From: a virus
Strand: one strand, 5' to 3'
Length of the DNA stretch: 64,000 bases
IMG/VR virus record: IMGVR_UViG_3300045051_000365
Location: 9,201-73,200 of that record
Shown here one piece after another: positions 9,516 through 18,984 of this stretch (positions are counted from its first letter, which is position 1; each line of letters starts with the position of its first letter). The notes under the pieces are model-generated. The model did not search any database, was not told where the DNA came from, and saw only the letters and a list, made by a program, of their open reading frames with translations. The position numbers were made by a program, and so were the translations under genes.

Positions 9516-9713
9516 TTGTTTTGTCTTATGATCGATGATGAGTATTTAGGGAATTGTTTTGACGACCTAGTGATAGTTATCACTAAAATGACCGAAGAAC
9601 AAAAAGAGATGAACCGATATTTAAAGGAAATATCGGAATCTTTTAAACAGCTAATTCAATGCGAGCAAACGCTAGTCAAACACTGCCTCGGGGAGAAAAA
9701 CAGCCATGAATAA
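9516..9713 (+). CDS. Hypothetical protein
   Basis: First ORF after promoter, overlaps next gene. Confidence 0.5.
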   Translation: MFCLMIDDEYLGNCFDDLVIVITKMTEEQKEMNRYLKEISESFKQLIQCEQTLVKHCLGEKNSHE

Positions 9714-9963
9714 GGGATATAGACCGTTAATTATCGAGGACGTGAACGGGAAAAAGAATCTTATTAACTGTTACGAGGTTGTAATTGTCGCCCCTAGCGA
9801 TCGTGAATCCCTTTACGGCATTAGCCTATCAACAAGATCGGCTATTATCGTGGATGAGCGAGTCGCGGAGATTCTAATGGATCGCCTTACCGACGAACTA
9901 TTCTTCGCTCCCGAATCTATCGAGCGGCAAAAAGCGATTTTAAATCCCGTAGAGGAGGATTAA
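9706..9963 (+). CDS. Hypothetical protein
   Basis: GGAG RBS, operon packing. Confidence 0.6.
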   Translation: MNKGYRPLIIEDVNGKKNLINCYEVVIVAPSDRESLYGISLSTRSAIIVDERVAEILMDRLTDELFFAPESIERQKAILNPVEED

Positions 9964-9967
9964 AACT

Positions 9968-10306
9968 ATGTTCACCATAGATCAAAACGTGAGATTAAAA
10001 ACGGAAGAGATCGGGGAAAGTATCGATCGGGGAGTCGGTCGGATCGTGGGGTTCGTTCCCGAAACTCCCTACCTATCCGTCGATTTTCAGATTCCCGAAA
10101 CCGAGAATCTGTGGTTGCTCCCGTCCGAGGTTATCCCCGTCCCTCCCGCAACCAGAAAACATTCACTCAATATTGTAGACTGCTTCGGGATCGGTTACGA
10201 GGTTCCATCGAACGAGCCAGATCCGCGAGACGACGACGGGAACGGGTACGGGGTTCACGATTACGCGCCTCCGTCCGACGAACCGCTAGTATTTCGAGAA
10301 TTTTAA
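9968..10306 (+). CDS. Hypothetical protein (SH3-like N-terminus)
   Basis: GAGGA RBS; F.IDQ.VRL..G.GRIVG pattern. Confidence 0.6.
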   Translation: MFTIDQNVRLKTEEIGESIDRGVGRIVGFVPETPYLSVDFQIPETENLWLLPSEVIPVPPATRKHSLNIVDCFGIGYEVPSNEPDPRDDDGNGYGVHDYAPPSDEPLVFREF

Positions 10307-10332
10307 AGTTTCTCTCGCTGAATGTTTCAAGG

Positions 10333-10359
10333 AAGACCGCTACTAGAGCGGTCTTTTTC
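10333..10359 (+). terminator. Rho-independent terminator
   Basis: AAGACCGCT-ACT-AGAGCGGTC-TTTTT. Confidence 0.7.
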
Positions 10360-10390
10360 TCTTAGAATACAGAGTAGAACTATTATTCCC

Positions 10391-11695
10391 ATGTCTAAAG
10401 CAAAAGATAAAAAAGGCAAAAAAAAAGATGGATCGCTGAGAGGATCACAGCGATCGCTGGCCACGTCGGGAATTTTGTCGATGTCGCGCCGGTACGATCT
10501 GGAGATCGAGGAGAACCCGATCCGCGATCCCCGTATCTCCCGAGAGTTAATCGAGCTTAACCAGTGGTGTTACGAGGTTTTCCACTCCCTAGAGATGGCG
10601 GCCGACGATACTTTCGCTAGTTCCGACGGGGACGATCGGGGATGGACGATCGCCGATACCCTAGACGACGAGGAAACGCCCGTTAATCCCGAGGTTCTCG
10701 CCATAGGCGAGGACGCGCGACAGCGAAAACAATCTCTCGACTCCTACGTTATCGGCGGCGACAAGCTTAAAAAAGCGTTGCGGTGGTCGCTCGGGAAAGG
10801 GGATTGTTTTATCGAGCTAGGGATCGAGCGCGAGGGACTATCCCCGAACAAGAGCAAGGATTTCGGCGTGAGTAGGAGTCTCTACCTCCCCACGTTCGAG
10901 ATGTTCCGGAAAGAATCCGATCAGGGGGAATTGCTCGGATTCGAGCAGAGAAAATATCTATCGCACTCCGATCCCGATTATTTTTTCGAGCCAGAAAAAA
11001 TCATCCATCTCCGGCACTCTCCCGAATTTCTCTACGGGCGATCGCTCTGGCTTCCCTCCCTCGACGCGTGGGCGGACGTGAAGCGCGCGGCTGACAACCT
11101 ACAGAGAAAAGCCGACGATATAGCGAGCGATCCGACGATCTACACGTTTCCGGGGATCTCGGAAGAGGAAAAGCGAAAATTCGAGCAAGAACTACAATTA
11201 CGCCGACAGTCGGGAACCATTACCGATTTCGTGCTAAAAAGCGACAAGTACCTGATTAACAAAATGGCGAATTTCCGGGACGATCTATCGCCCCTGATCG
11301 AGTATCTTCTACAATGCCGCTACAAGCTGATTATTCCCGGATTCCCCTCGTATTTTTTCCCCGGACTCGAATCGAAAGGCGGGACGAAAGAGCTATCGAG
11401 ATCGCCCGATCGCCGTTATTCCCGGATGCGTTACGGGTGGTGTCAATTGCTAACCGGGGCGATCAAACAGACGATCGACACGGAGATCGTTTTACGCAAG
11501 GGATACGAGTGGTATGTAGAAAACGCGCGCAATAAGTATCGGATCTTGTGGCCGGAGTGGTCGGAATCGATCGACGGGATGAGCGGGAACGAGTCCGAAA
11601 ATACGGGTAGCGAGGAAGAAAGCGGGAACGGCGCGGGAGCCGACAAAAAACCTAAAAAAGGAAGTAATGCAAAAAAAATCGGGAGATCTCGCTAG
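10391..11695 (+). CDS. Portal protein
   Basis: GDCFIEL, F..EKIIHLRH....YGRSL motif; about 430 aa; upstream of head genes. Confidence 0.85.
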   Translation: MSKAKDKKGKKKDGSLRGSQRSLATSGILSMSRRYDLEIEENPIRDPRISRELIELNQWCYEVFHSLEMAADDTFASSDGDDRGWTIADTLDDEETPVNPEVLAIGEDARQRKQSLDSYVIGGDKLKKALRWSLGKGDCFIELGIEREGLSPNKSKDFGVSRSLYLPTFEMFRKESDQGELLGFEQRKYLSHSDPDYFFEPEKIIHLRHSPEFLYGRSLWLPSLDAWADVKRAADNLQRKADDIASDPTIYTFPGISEEEKRKFEQELQLRRQSGTITDFVLKSDKYLINKMANFRDDLSPLIEYLLQCRYKLIIPGFPSYFFPGLESKGGTKELSRSPDRRYSRMRYGWCQLLTGAIKQTIDTEIVLRKGYEWYVENARNKYRILWPEWSESIDGMSGNESENTGSEEESGNGAGADKKPKKGSNAKKIGRSR

Positions 11696-12389
11696 GGCGT
11701 TAGCCGCGGGAGAGATCCGCCCGCACTATCAAGCGATCGTCAACGCTGACGGAGTTCCCCGTCTTTACGAATCTCTCGCCCGATGGAAAGGATTCGAGGA
11801 AATAGGCGCGCGGATCGTGTTCGAGGCGGCCGCGGACGAGGATCTTTTATTTTCGCTTTATCTATCCCTCGCCGAATCGATCCGGGAAGATACCCGAAAC
11901 TACGGTATTTCGAGGGTTTGCGTAAACATATCGCCGCTACAATTATCCGATCGGTGTCACCTGAAAAAGCTCGCGGAAACGCTCGATCCCGAGCGGGTAA
12001 TAATCGAGGTAACGGAAAGCGATCCGCTTTCCCCGAGCGGACTAAAGGGAGTTCTTCACCTAAAAGAAATCGGGTACAAGCTCGCGATCGACGACTTTCC
12101 CTGTAATCACGCGGGACTCGATCGGCTATTCGCGATCCTCCCCGAGATCGTCAAGTTCGATCGGCGATTTTTGCTCGATTCCGAGAACCCGGCAAAATCT
12201 AGTTTTATTCGCTATTTTACAAACTTCTGCCGGGAACAGTCGATCACTACCGCGGCGGAAGGGATCGAGTCTTTAGAAAAATTTAATAGTTTAAAAGAAT
12301 TAGGGATAGACTATTTTCAAGGGTACGAGATCCATCGCCCCGAACTTCCCGAGAATCTATCTAGATACTTGTCAAAAGATTTCGGGTAA
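11667..12389 (+). CDS. Standalone EAL-domain (c-di-GMP phosphodiesterase-like) protein
   Basis: PHYQAIV, YESLARW, VNIS, IEVTES, AIDDF, VKFDR, AEGIE, FQGY..RP. Confidence 0.9.
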   Translation: MQKKSGDLARALAAGEIRPHYQAIVNADGVPRLYESLARWKGFEEIGARIVFEAAADEDLLFSLYLSLAESIREDTRNYGISRVCVNISPLQLSDRCHLKKLAETLDPERVIIEVTESDPLSPSGLKGVLHLKEIGYKLAIDDFPCNHAGLDRLFAILPEIVKFDRRFLLDSENPAKSSFIRYFTNFCREQSITTAAEGIESLEKFNSLKELGIDYFQGYEIHRPELPENLSRYLSKDFG

Positions 12390-12401
12390 ACTAGATCCGC
12401 G

Positions 12402-12605
12402 ATGACACATCTACCCGAGGATATAATGCGGGAATTAAAGAGCGAAAACCAAGAGATCGTCAGAATTTACTCCGGGATCTTACTCTGGATCGGGATAGGA
12501 ATTCTCAATATAGGGAGAGATTTGCTCGATGGCGAAATTCAATCCGAAGGACAAGAATCTCGATCCGGTGACGCGGTTGCTGTCGAGAGCGAACGTGAAT
12601 TCTAG
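12402..12605 (+). CDS. Small membrane protein
   Basis: Hydrophobic ILLWIGIGILNI segment. Confidence 0.35.
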   Translation: MTHLPEDIMRELKSENQEIVRIYSGILLWIGIGILNIGRDLLDGEIQSEGQESRSGDAVAVESEREF

Positions 12606-12699
12606 CGATGTATCCGCGGCGATCGGGGACTGGAAAAAGAAACCTCCCGATCCCGATTTCGAGAATTTTTTAGAGCCAGAGATCGATGAGCGACTTTAG
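12529..12699 (+). CDS. 56-aa hypothetical protein (not in ORF track)
   Basis: MAKFNPKDKNLDPVTRLLSRANV..W..; GGAG upstream; overlaps start of next gene. Confidence 0.5.
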   Translation: MAKFNPKDKNLDPVTRLLSRANVNSSDVSAAIGDWKKKPPDPDFENFLEPEIDERL

Positions 12700-13324
12700 T
12701 TTTAATCCCCTCACGCGCCGCTATCACGACAACCGATCGAAGAAATTCCTATCGGCCGCCCGCGTTCGGGAACTCGTGTCCGAGACGATCGCCGCGAGAG
12801 AGGATCGGGCTACCCGAATAACCCGAGAGCTACTATCAGAACGGATAACGCCTCGGGAATGGGAAACGCGGATGAGCGAGGAGATTAAAACATTGACGAT
12901 CCAGCTATACCGGATCGGTCGGCCGGACATGAACGCCTCGGACTACGGCAGGATCGGCTCTATCCTCCGCTCTCAATACGCCCGCCTCCGAAAATTCAGC
13001 CGGGATATTATTCTCGGAACCCAAAGCGAAAAACAGATCTTAAACCGGGCGAAACGCTATATCGCTAAAGCGCGCGAGGCGTTCGAGGAAGGGAACCGCC
13101 GGGGATACGCCACGGTGAGCCGATGGGAAAAACGGGTACGAACGAAAATTGAATCCTGCCGGGAGTGCCGCGTTTACGAGGCTATGGGATGGCAGATCGT
13201 CGGGACGCTACCCCGTCCCACCGATCGCTGTTCCTGCCGGGATAATTGCGGTTGTTACCTCGCCTACTCCAATTCCCGCGCCCGCCCGACAACGAACCTA
13301 CTTCGGGGATCGGGATGGCTGTAA
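12686..13324 (+). CDS. Head morphogenesis (MuF/gp7-like) protein
   Basis: C-terminal E.C..C....GW..G.LP.P...C.C..NC.C; position between portal and protease. Confidence 0.7.
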   Translation: MSDFSFNPLTRRYHDNRSKKFLSAARVRELVSETIAAREDRATRITRELLSERITPREWETRMSEEIKTLTIQLYRIGRPDMNASDYGRIGSILRSQYARLRKFSRDIILGTQSEKQILNRAKRYIAKAREAFEEGNRRGYATVSRWEKRVRTKIESCRECRVYEAMGWQIVGTLPRPTDRCSCRDNCGCYLAYSNSRARPTTNLLRGSGWL

Positions 13325-13483
13325 ACACAAAAAAGCGGGGGAGGAGTCACCCCGCTATCTAGGATACTTGCCATCGAACGTTAAATTTCGGTTTTAAATT
13401 TTGAATTTATTAGCCAACACCCGAAATTATCTTAACATAAACTTTCAGTTTAAAGATAGAATTGTAAATATAGATTTAACGCT

Positions 13484-14197
13484 ATGCTTTTAACCCGAGC
13501 GGATTTCGAGAAACTACTAGAGACGCGCGAGCCTACCGCGGAAGAACTGACGGCGATTAACGCCTACGCTCCCCGCGGCGCGTCCCCGTGGGAAGCCTCG
13601 GAACTAACAAGATTCTGTCTTCTCGCCTCGAATAATCTAATCCACGGATCGCTGATGGCGTGGGACGAGACGGCACTAGCGACGATGGTAGCGAGCTATC
13701 CCGGATGCCCGCTCATGATCGATCACGCGTGGGAGAACGGATCGAAAACCTTCGGGATGGTTTACGACGCGCTCCTCTACTCGCTACCGCGGGTGAGCGA
13801 GGAGGGAATGAGCAAGATTCTTTCTAAATCCCCGAATCCCGAGGAAGACCGGGGGATTATCGAGCGAGACGGCTATCATCAGGTCTTGGTTTTCGGGTTC
13901 CTCGAATCATCCCATCCCGAAGCGTCCGATATTATCTACGGCCGACGCGCGAACGTGAGTATCGGCGGGAATTTCTACGGAAAATCTTACTGTCCTACCT
14001 GTAACACCCCCTACAGCGATAAACATTGCGATCACTATCCCCCGTATATGGCGGGATGGGTAGACGAAGAATTGCTAACCCCGTACTATCGGCGCGTCGG
14101 CAAACTGGAGTCGCTAGAGTGTTCGTTCGTATTCGCCGGTAACTGTCGTCAGGCCAGAATTGTCGATAAAAACTTGAACGCTTTTGTAATGGCGTAA
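13484..14197 (+). CDS. Prohead protease
   Basis: PLMIDH, VSIGG..CPTC...CDH, E.SFV..G motifs; directly before capsid gene. Confidence 0.75.
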   Translation: MLLTRADFEKLLETREPTAEELTAINAYAPRGASPWEASELTRFCLLASNNLIHGSLMAWDETALATMVASYPGCPLMIDHAWENGSKTFGMVYDALLYSLPRVSEEGMSKILSKSPNPEEDRGIIERDGYHQVLVFGFLESSHPEASDIIYGRRANVSIGGNFYGKSYCPTCNTPYSDKHCDHYPPYMAGWVDEELLTPYYRRVGKLESLECSFVFAGNCRQARIVDKNLNAFVMA

Positions 14198-14248
14198 GGT
14201 TAAAACTTCAAGTATAATTTTTTTAGCGATCGCGAGAAAACCTGTACC

Positions 14249-16156
14249 ATGTCCCAAAAAACACTGCAAGAAATTAAACGAGTGACCCCCGTGGTCGTGA
14301 AAGATTCCGAGGGGGAAACCGTGGACGAGAAAGAATTATTCGAGATGAAGACCAAGGCCGTCGAGCGGAACGCGCTACAGTCTCCCGCCGGATTCGTTCC
14401 CGTCAAGAATGTCGAAACCGAAACCGCTCCGACTCCGCTCGATTTAAAAGAGATCGAGTCGATCGTCGCTTCCGCGGTTAAGTCGGCCGTAGACGAGGTA
14501 AAAGCGGCGACGGACGCGGAAAAAGCCGAGCTAGAAACGCGAAATCGGCAACTAGAAAACGAGAGAGACGGGATTAACTCCTCTCTAGCGGAAACCGCGG
14601 AAGCGGTCAGGCAGACTAACGAAAAGCTAACCGCGCTCGAAACGGAACTGAACGAATCCAAGCGGATTATTAACAATTTCAACGACCTCGGGAAACTCCA
14701 CGGATCGGGTCAACCGGCAAAAGAGGCGAAAAACGACGAAGTGAAAGAACAGAACAACGCGCCGAAATTCAAGACGGTAAATTTCAACACGAATATCTCG
14801 ATCGGCTACAACGATAAGTTACCCGGCACGTTCCGAGAGATCCAGCATCACATCGATTCGCTCCCGAAAGTCCTCAAGTACACGGGTACTAAAGAGCGGG
14901 TGATCGATTTCGACAAACAAGAACTCGATCGCTACGTCAAGCAGAATTATCGCCATGTCCTAGCGGATCTCAATTCGTGGGGCAAGGGCGCGGGTTTGTT
15001 CCGGGGAACCGATATTCAGATGATCGATCCCGGCGAGAGCGTGGCTAACACGATCATCTCGGATCTTCCCGGCGGTTTTCTGCCGACGCTCTCCGCGATC
15101 ATGCGCGTCACCCATCGCCCCGGCTTCGTGTTTCACATGATGCCCTTGATGCGCTACGATTTTGCGAAATCGCGCGGGAACGTCATTCAGATCGGGCGAT
15201 TTAACTATCTTTCCGTCTCCCCGACCCTTGCTGATTACGAACTTTCAGCGGGCAGTACCTACAGCGCGATCACGACCCGTAGCGACTCGATGAACACCTC
15301 GAAAGTCGATGTTCAGATCCGCGAGTACGGACGGGGGAAAGAGGACGCGCAGACACAGATCAACCCGATCCGGATCGTTAGCTTTGTCGAGTATTTTTCG
15401 GCTTACGAACTGGCCGCGGAACTCAATCAAAAATTCGGCTACGATTACGCCCAATTCGAGGATCGCCTGATCCGTTCCCGCTACGATGTTACCTCGGTCA
15501 TCTGGTACAACCGCGGCAACACGATCACCACTTCCGCGACCGCTCTACAGAACGGCGATGGGCGGATGTCCAAACAATTCCTCCGCGAGATGCGTCATCG
15601 CGCCCATAGTAGCACGTCCCCGTGGGAGCCTTTACCCGATGGCAATTTTATCTCGGTTATGAACTCTACCGCGTGGAAGCAACTTCGCGAGGATCTTGAT
15701 GATGATTGGGAAGTCCCGACCCCTTCTAACCTTCTCGACTTCCTTAACGCGATGTTGCCCGCTTACGTCCCCGACGAGTCCGAGCCTCGGGTTAACGGGT
15801 ACATGGGCGTTATCGAAGGGGTTCACTGTTTCGAGAGCAACGCTTTCGGGGTAGGTAACGCCGGGGCTGACGGGGTAACGAATGTCACCGTTCGCGCCGG
15901 TTCTCCCGCGACCACCGCGACTTTCCGCGATTCCTATTTCTTCGGACACGGTGCTGTAGGCCGGGGTGTGGCGATGCCCGTCGAGGTTCGCACCGATAGC
16001 GTTACCAACTTCGATCGGGAATCCCGCCTAACGTGGCTCTCGTGGGAAGGGGTCGATACTCTCGATGTCGATCCGACCGGATCGGGCAACTCTAGTCAAC
16101 AGCTACGGGTCGCCAAGTTCCGGACGACCGATAACGCTCTTTCCGGGCTGAGTTAA
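14249..16156 (+). CDS. Major capsid protein with N-terminal coiled-coil scaffold/delta region
   Basis: Acidic coiled coil in the first ~150 aa; HK97-like C-terminal G.IEGV..FESN, FFGHGAVG. Confidence 0.8.
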   Translation: MSQKTLQEIKRVTPVVVKDSEGETVDEKELFEMKTKAVERNALQSPAGFVPVKNVETETAPTPLDLKEIESIVASAVKSAVDEVKAATDAEKAELETRNRQLENERDGINSSLAETAEAVRQTNEKLTALETELNESKRIINNFNDLGKLHGSGQPAKEAKNDEVKEQNNAPKFKTVNFNTNISIGYNDKLPGTFREIQHHIDSLPKVLKYTGTKERVIDFDKQELDRYVKQNYRHVLADLNSWGKGAGLFRGTDIQMIDPGESVANTIISDLPGGFLPTLSAIMRVTHRPGFVFHMMPLMRYDFAKSRGNVIQIGRFNYLSVSPTLADYELSAGSTYSAITTRSDSMNTSKVDVQIREYGRGKEDAQTQINPIRIVSFVEYFSAYELAAELNQKFGYDYAQFEDRLIRSRYDVTSVIWYNRGNTITTSATALQNGDGRMSKQFLREMRHRAHSSTSPWEPLPDGNFISVMNSTAWKQLREDLDDDWEVPTPSNLLDFLNAMLPAYVPDESEPRVNGYMGVIEGVHCFESNAFGVGNAGADGVTNVTVRAGSPATTATFRDSYFFGHGAVGRGVAMPVEVRTDSVTNFDRESRLTWLSWEGVDTLDVDPTGSGNSSQQLRVAKFRTTDNALSGLS

Positions 16157-16204
16157 TCCAACGGGGAGAAATCCCCGTTTTAAACAATATTTTAAAAGGT
16201 AGCT

Positions 16205-16429
16205 ATGGCCGAAACGAAAACCAAGACCGAGAACGCTGGCGAGATTCCCGCGCCCGACTTCCCCCCCGCGGAGAGCGAGTATCAACTGTTGAACCTGAAG
16301 AGTCAGGGCGTGAAGCTCTGTAACGATTGCGGGGGGCGATTGCAGTACGACGATGGAGCGCGCGCCGCTTTCTGCCCGCAACGGACGAAAGAGAATCAAA
16401 AATATTGCCCGATGCTCAAAATCTCCTAA
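16205..16429 (+). CDS. Small Cys-rich head-associated protein
   Basis: CNDC...CP...CP; follows capsid gene. Confidence 0.55.
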   Translation: MAETKTKTENAGEIPAPDFPPAESEYQLLNLKSQGVKLCNDCGGRLQYDDGARAAFCPQRTKENQKYCPMLKIS

Positions 16430-17097
16430 TGATTTTTACTTCCGACGATTTAACACTATTCGCGCCCGGCGTGGCCTTAACCGGCAACGCGCTAGAGGGC
16501 GCGATTTTATTCGTTACCTCGATAGTCGAGAGCGATCGTGGGGCGGATCGTCCACTGGAGATCGTCCGCCATCGGGAAAAGTTACGCGTGAATCTAAAAT
16601 TTCAGAATTTCCGATTAACCTACGTCTCGATCGATACCCCGCTCGCGGAAGAACCCGCGCCGATTGTTAAAGCTCGCCTCGGGAACGTAGTAGATGGATT
16701 TAATCGAGCGATCGCCCCCGACAACTGGAAAACCCTAACCCCCGACGAGTACCGGATCGATAGCGACGGACAGATCGATCTATCGACTTTTTGCGGACGC
16801 TCGTGGGGCTACGGCCGCTCGTGGAACACCCGAGAACCCTATCCCGAATTTTCCGAGGCGGACGTAGAGTATTCCGCGGGGATCGACTTCTCGGAAGATA
16901 CCCGAACGGTGAGACAGCTAAAAGCCGCTTTCGGGCGCGTTCTCGATTGGGTTTGTAACACAGGAAGTTTCAAGGGCATTACGTCAGTAGAACTGCCGTT
17001 CGAGGAATTAAAAATCAGCTACGGGACGGGGCAACTCGGGACAGTTCCCGACGATTTGCTATTAGCTTTTCGGAAGTATAGATCTATCACGGTATGA
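16429..17097 (+). CDS. Head-tail adaptor (gp15/gp6-like)
   Basis: V.Y.AG, P.DLL..F.KYR C-terminus; TAATG coupling. Confidence 0.65.
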   Translation: MIFTSDDLTLFAPGVALTGNALEGAILFVTSIVESDRGADRPLEIVRHREKLRVNLKFQNFRLTYVSIDTPLAEEPAPIVKARLGNVVDGFNRAIAPDNWKTLTPDEYRIDSDGQIDLSTFCGRSWGYGRSWNTREPYPEFSEADVEYSAGIDFSEDTRTVRQLKAAFGRVLDWVCNTGSFKGITSVELPFEELKISYGTGQLGTVPDDLLLAFRKYRSITV

Positions 17098-17242
17098 GCT
17101 TTTTATTTTTGCTAAATTACCGTGTTTTTCAATGGTTCGGGTATCGTCTCGCCCGAATTATCGATACCGAGACGGGAAAACAGATCGGGTAGTATTGGTG
17201 GAAATGCCCGCTAATGCAACATTGGAACATCAGGAAGAAAAA

Positions 17243-17650
17243 ATGATCGCTACTTTTACCTGTCCGCTCCCCCCGACATTAAACGATCAGATCCGAGAAG
17301 CGCGCGATAACAAATTTAAAAGCGCGAGTCTTAAAAAGAAGTGGAATCACTTCATCGCTATCCTCGCCATCGAGCAGAAAATCCCGAGGTTTACGGGCGA
17401 GATCTGGCTACATTACGAGTGGATAATCAAGAATTTTAGCCGCGACCCCGATAATACTTCTGCTGGGGCGAAATACGTCAATGACGGACTGAAACACGCG
17501 GGGATAATAGTAGAGGACAATCTAAAGATTATTCGGGGCTACGATCACAGCTTCGCCAGGGGAGACGAGGATAAATTAGTTTTAACGATTAGCGATCGTC
17601 CTATTTTTACGAGGGTTCGCTGTGAGAAATTTGAATCGAGCATTGTTTAA
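17243..17650 (+). CDS. RusA-like Holliday junction resolvase
   Basis: PPTLN, RDPDN...K...DGL...GII.EDN. Confidence 0.75.
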   Translation: MIATFTCPLPPTLNDQIREARDNKFKSASLKKKWNHFIAILAIEQKIPRFTGEIWLHYEWIIKNFSRDPDNTSAGAKYVNDGLKHAGIIVEDNLKIIRGYDHSFARGDEDKLVLTISDRPIFTRVRCEKFESSIV

Positions 17651-17846
17651 AGACTGGAAAACCTCTTTTCTAGCGGCAATCTATTTAATCAGCGACTATG
17701 TTACTTACGCTCAAAGTCATCCCGAGATGGACGGGCTAATTCTGTTATTTAACTACATTGCATCGGACAATTGGCAGGGAAAATTAATTGCCCTTGCTCT
17801 ATTCGTGGCCGGGGATTCTAGGGATGATTCGGGGGAGAGAAGTTAG
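17622..17846 (+). CDS. Small holin-like membrane protein
   Basis: KDWKTS followed by hydrophobic segments and a charged C-terminus. Confidence 0.45.
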   Translation: MRNLNRALFKDWKTSFLAAIYLISDYVTYAQSHPEMDGLILLFNYIASDNWQGKLIALALFVAGDSRDDSGERS

Positions 17847-18121
17847 CAAACAAACCTCAATCTTTCTTCAATTTCCGCCCATTCGGGGATTGGCCTCACG
17901 AGGGACGGACAGACGGGAACCCCGACCACGCGGGCGGCATTGTAACGCTCTCGCAACCATTCCGCTTTATCGAGAGGCTTGTCTCCCGCGGCAACGTCGA
18001 TATAATGACGAAAATCCTCCCGATCGCCCGTGTTACCGGGCAGGAAAAGCAAGATTTTCCACTGTTCGATCTCCGAGAGGGGAAATCGGGTTTTATTAAC
18101 TACCTCGATCGAATTCGACAT
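17843..18121 (-). CDS. Hypothetical protein
   Basis: GGAGAGG RBS; packed minus-strand operon. Confidence 0.5.
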   Translation of the reverse strand: MSNSIEVVNKTRFPLSEIEQWKILLFLPGNTGDREDFRHYIDVAAGDKPLDKAEWLRERYNAARVVGVPVCPSLVRPIPEWAEIEERLRFVC

Positions 18122-18123
18122 AC

Positions 18124-18474
18124 TTAGCCCTCTCCTTCTATTACGAGGCTATATAAACAATCCGAGTAGTTACTAACAAGTTCTCCACAATGGGGGCAAT
18201 CACTAGGTAGTTGCGGGAACCCATGACCGAAAGGAGCGGAAAAAGCTACGGTATCACGGGTAATGTAATCGGTACATTTTTTATGCCAAGCGCAACACCC
18301 GATCTCTTTTTTGTCGGCCATCGCGTTAAGAATTCTTGTCGCGCTAAACAATTGCCGCGGCGACAGCTTTTTCGCCTCCTCTTCTACGTTTTCTTTTTTG
18401 TAAATTAAATAGATAACACGACAGACATCGCTTCTTAGCTCGTCCTCTTCAACTGCCCTGATCGAATCTGACAT
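18124..18474 (-). CDS. Hypothetical protein with CxxC
   Basis: GGAGG RBS; CPHCG. Confidence 0.55.
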   Translation of the reverse strand: MSDSIRAVEEDELRSDVCRVIYLIYKKENVEEEAKKLSPRQLFSATRILNAMADKKEIGCCAWHKKCTDYITRDTVAFSAPFGHGFPQLPSDCPHCGELVSNYSDCLYSLVIEGEG

Positions 18475-18886
18475 AAACCTTAATCCTCCGTCCTAATTTA
18501 CTGGAAATATCTAATTGCTGACTTGTCGGGGATTCAAAAGCGTTCAATTGCCGGACGAGTCCCGATCGTCCGTTGATCACGACCCGGATATTCCCCGCGG
18601 CCCGTATCGGGAACGGGTAGTTTTTCGGGGATACAAGACGACCCTCGAAATATTCCGAGTCTAAGTACGATCCCTCCTGTACGTCCGCGTAAGGGGGCTT
18701 TTTCTGCTGAAGCCAACAGGAAAGCGCGACCTCTTCCGTCGCGTTCGTGGCGAGGATCGGGTTTCCCACTTCGTCCACGGTCATCGTCGGATCGCCGATC
18801 GCCACGGGAAACACGAGGGAGGCGTTCGCTTCTATCGTCGGGTTCGAGAGAAATTGACCGGCTATACCGATCGCCGCGTCGATCAT
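18449..18886 (-). CDS. Putative head-closure/neck protein
   Basis: VDEVGNP motif and beta-rich pattern of stopper proteins. Confidence 0.45.
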   Translation of the reverse strand: MIDAAIGIAGQFLSNPTIEANASLVFPVAIGDPTMTVDEVGNPILATNATEEVALSCWLQQKKPPYADVQEGSYLDSEYFEGRLVSPKNYPFPIRAAGNIRVVINGRSGLVRQLNAFESPTSQQLDISSKLGRRIKVYVRFDQGS

Positions 18887-18929
18887 TTTTATATCCTGAA
18901 ACTTTCTGAAATCAGTATATCTCGATTCT

Positions 18930-18957
18930 CTTGACAATTCAAGAAACTTGTTATAAC
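18930..18957 (+). promoter_or_regulatory. Promoter/operator CTTGACAATTCAAG
   Basis: Same 14-mer as at 9463 and 57924; TGnTATAAC downstream. Confidence 0.7.
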
Positions 18958-18984
18958 TTTTAAGTATGGAATCGAGAATATCCT

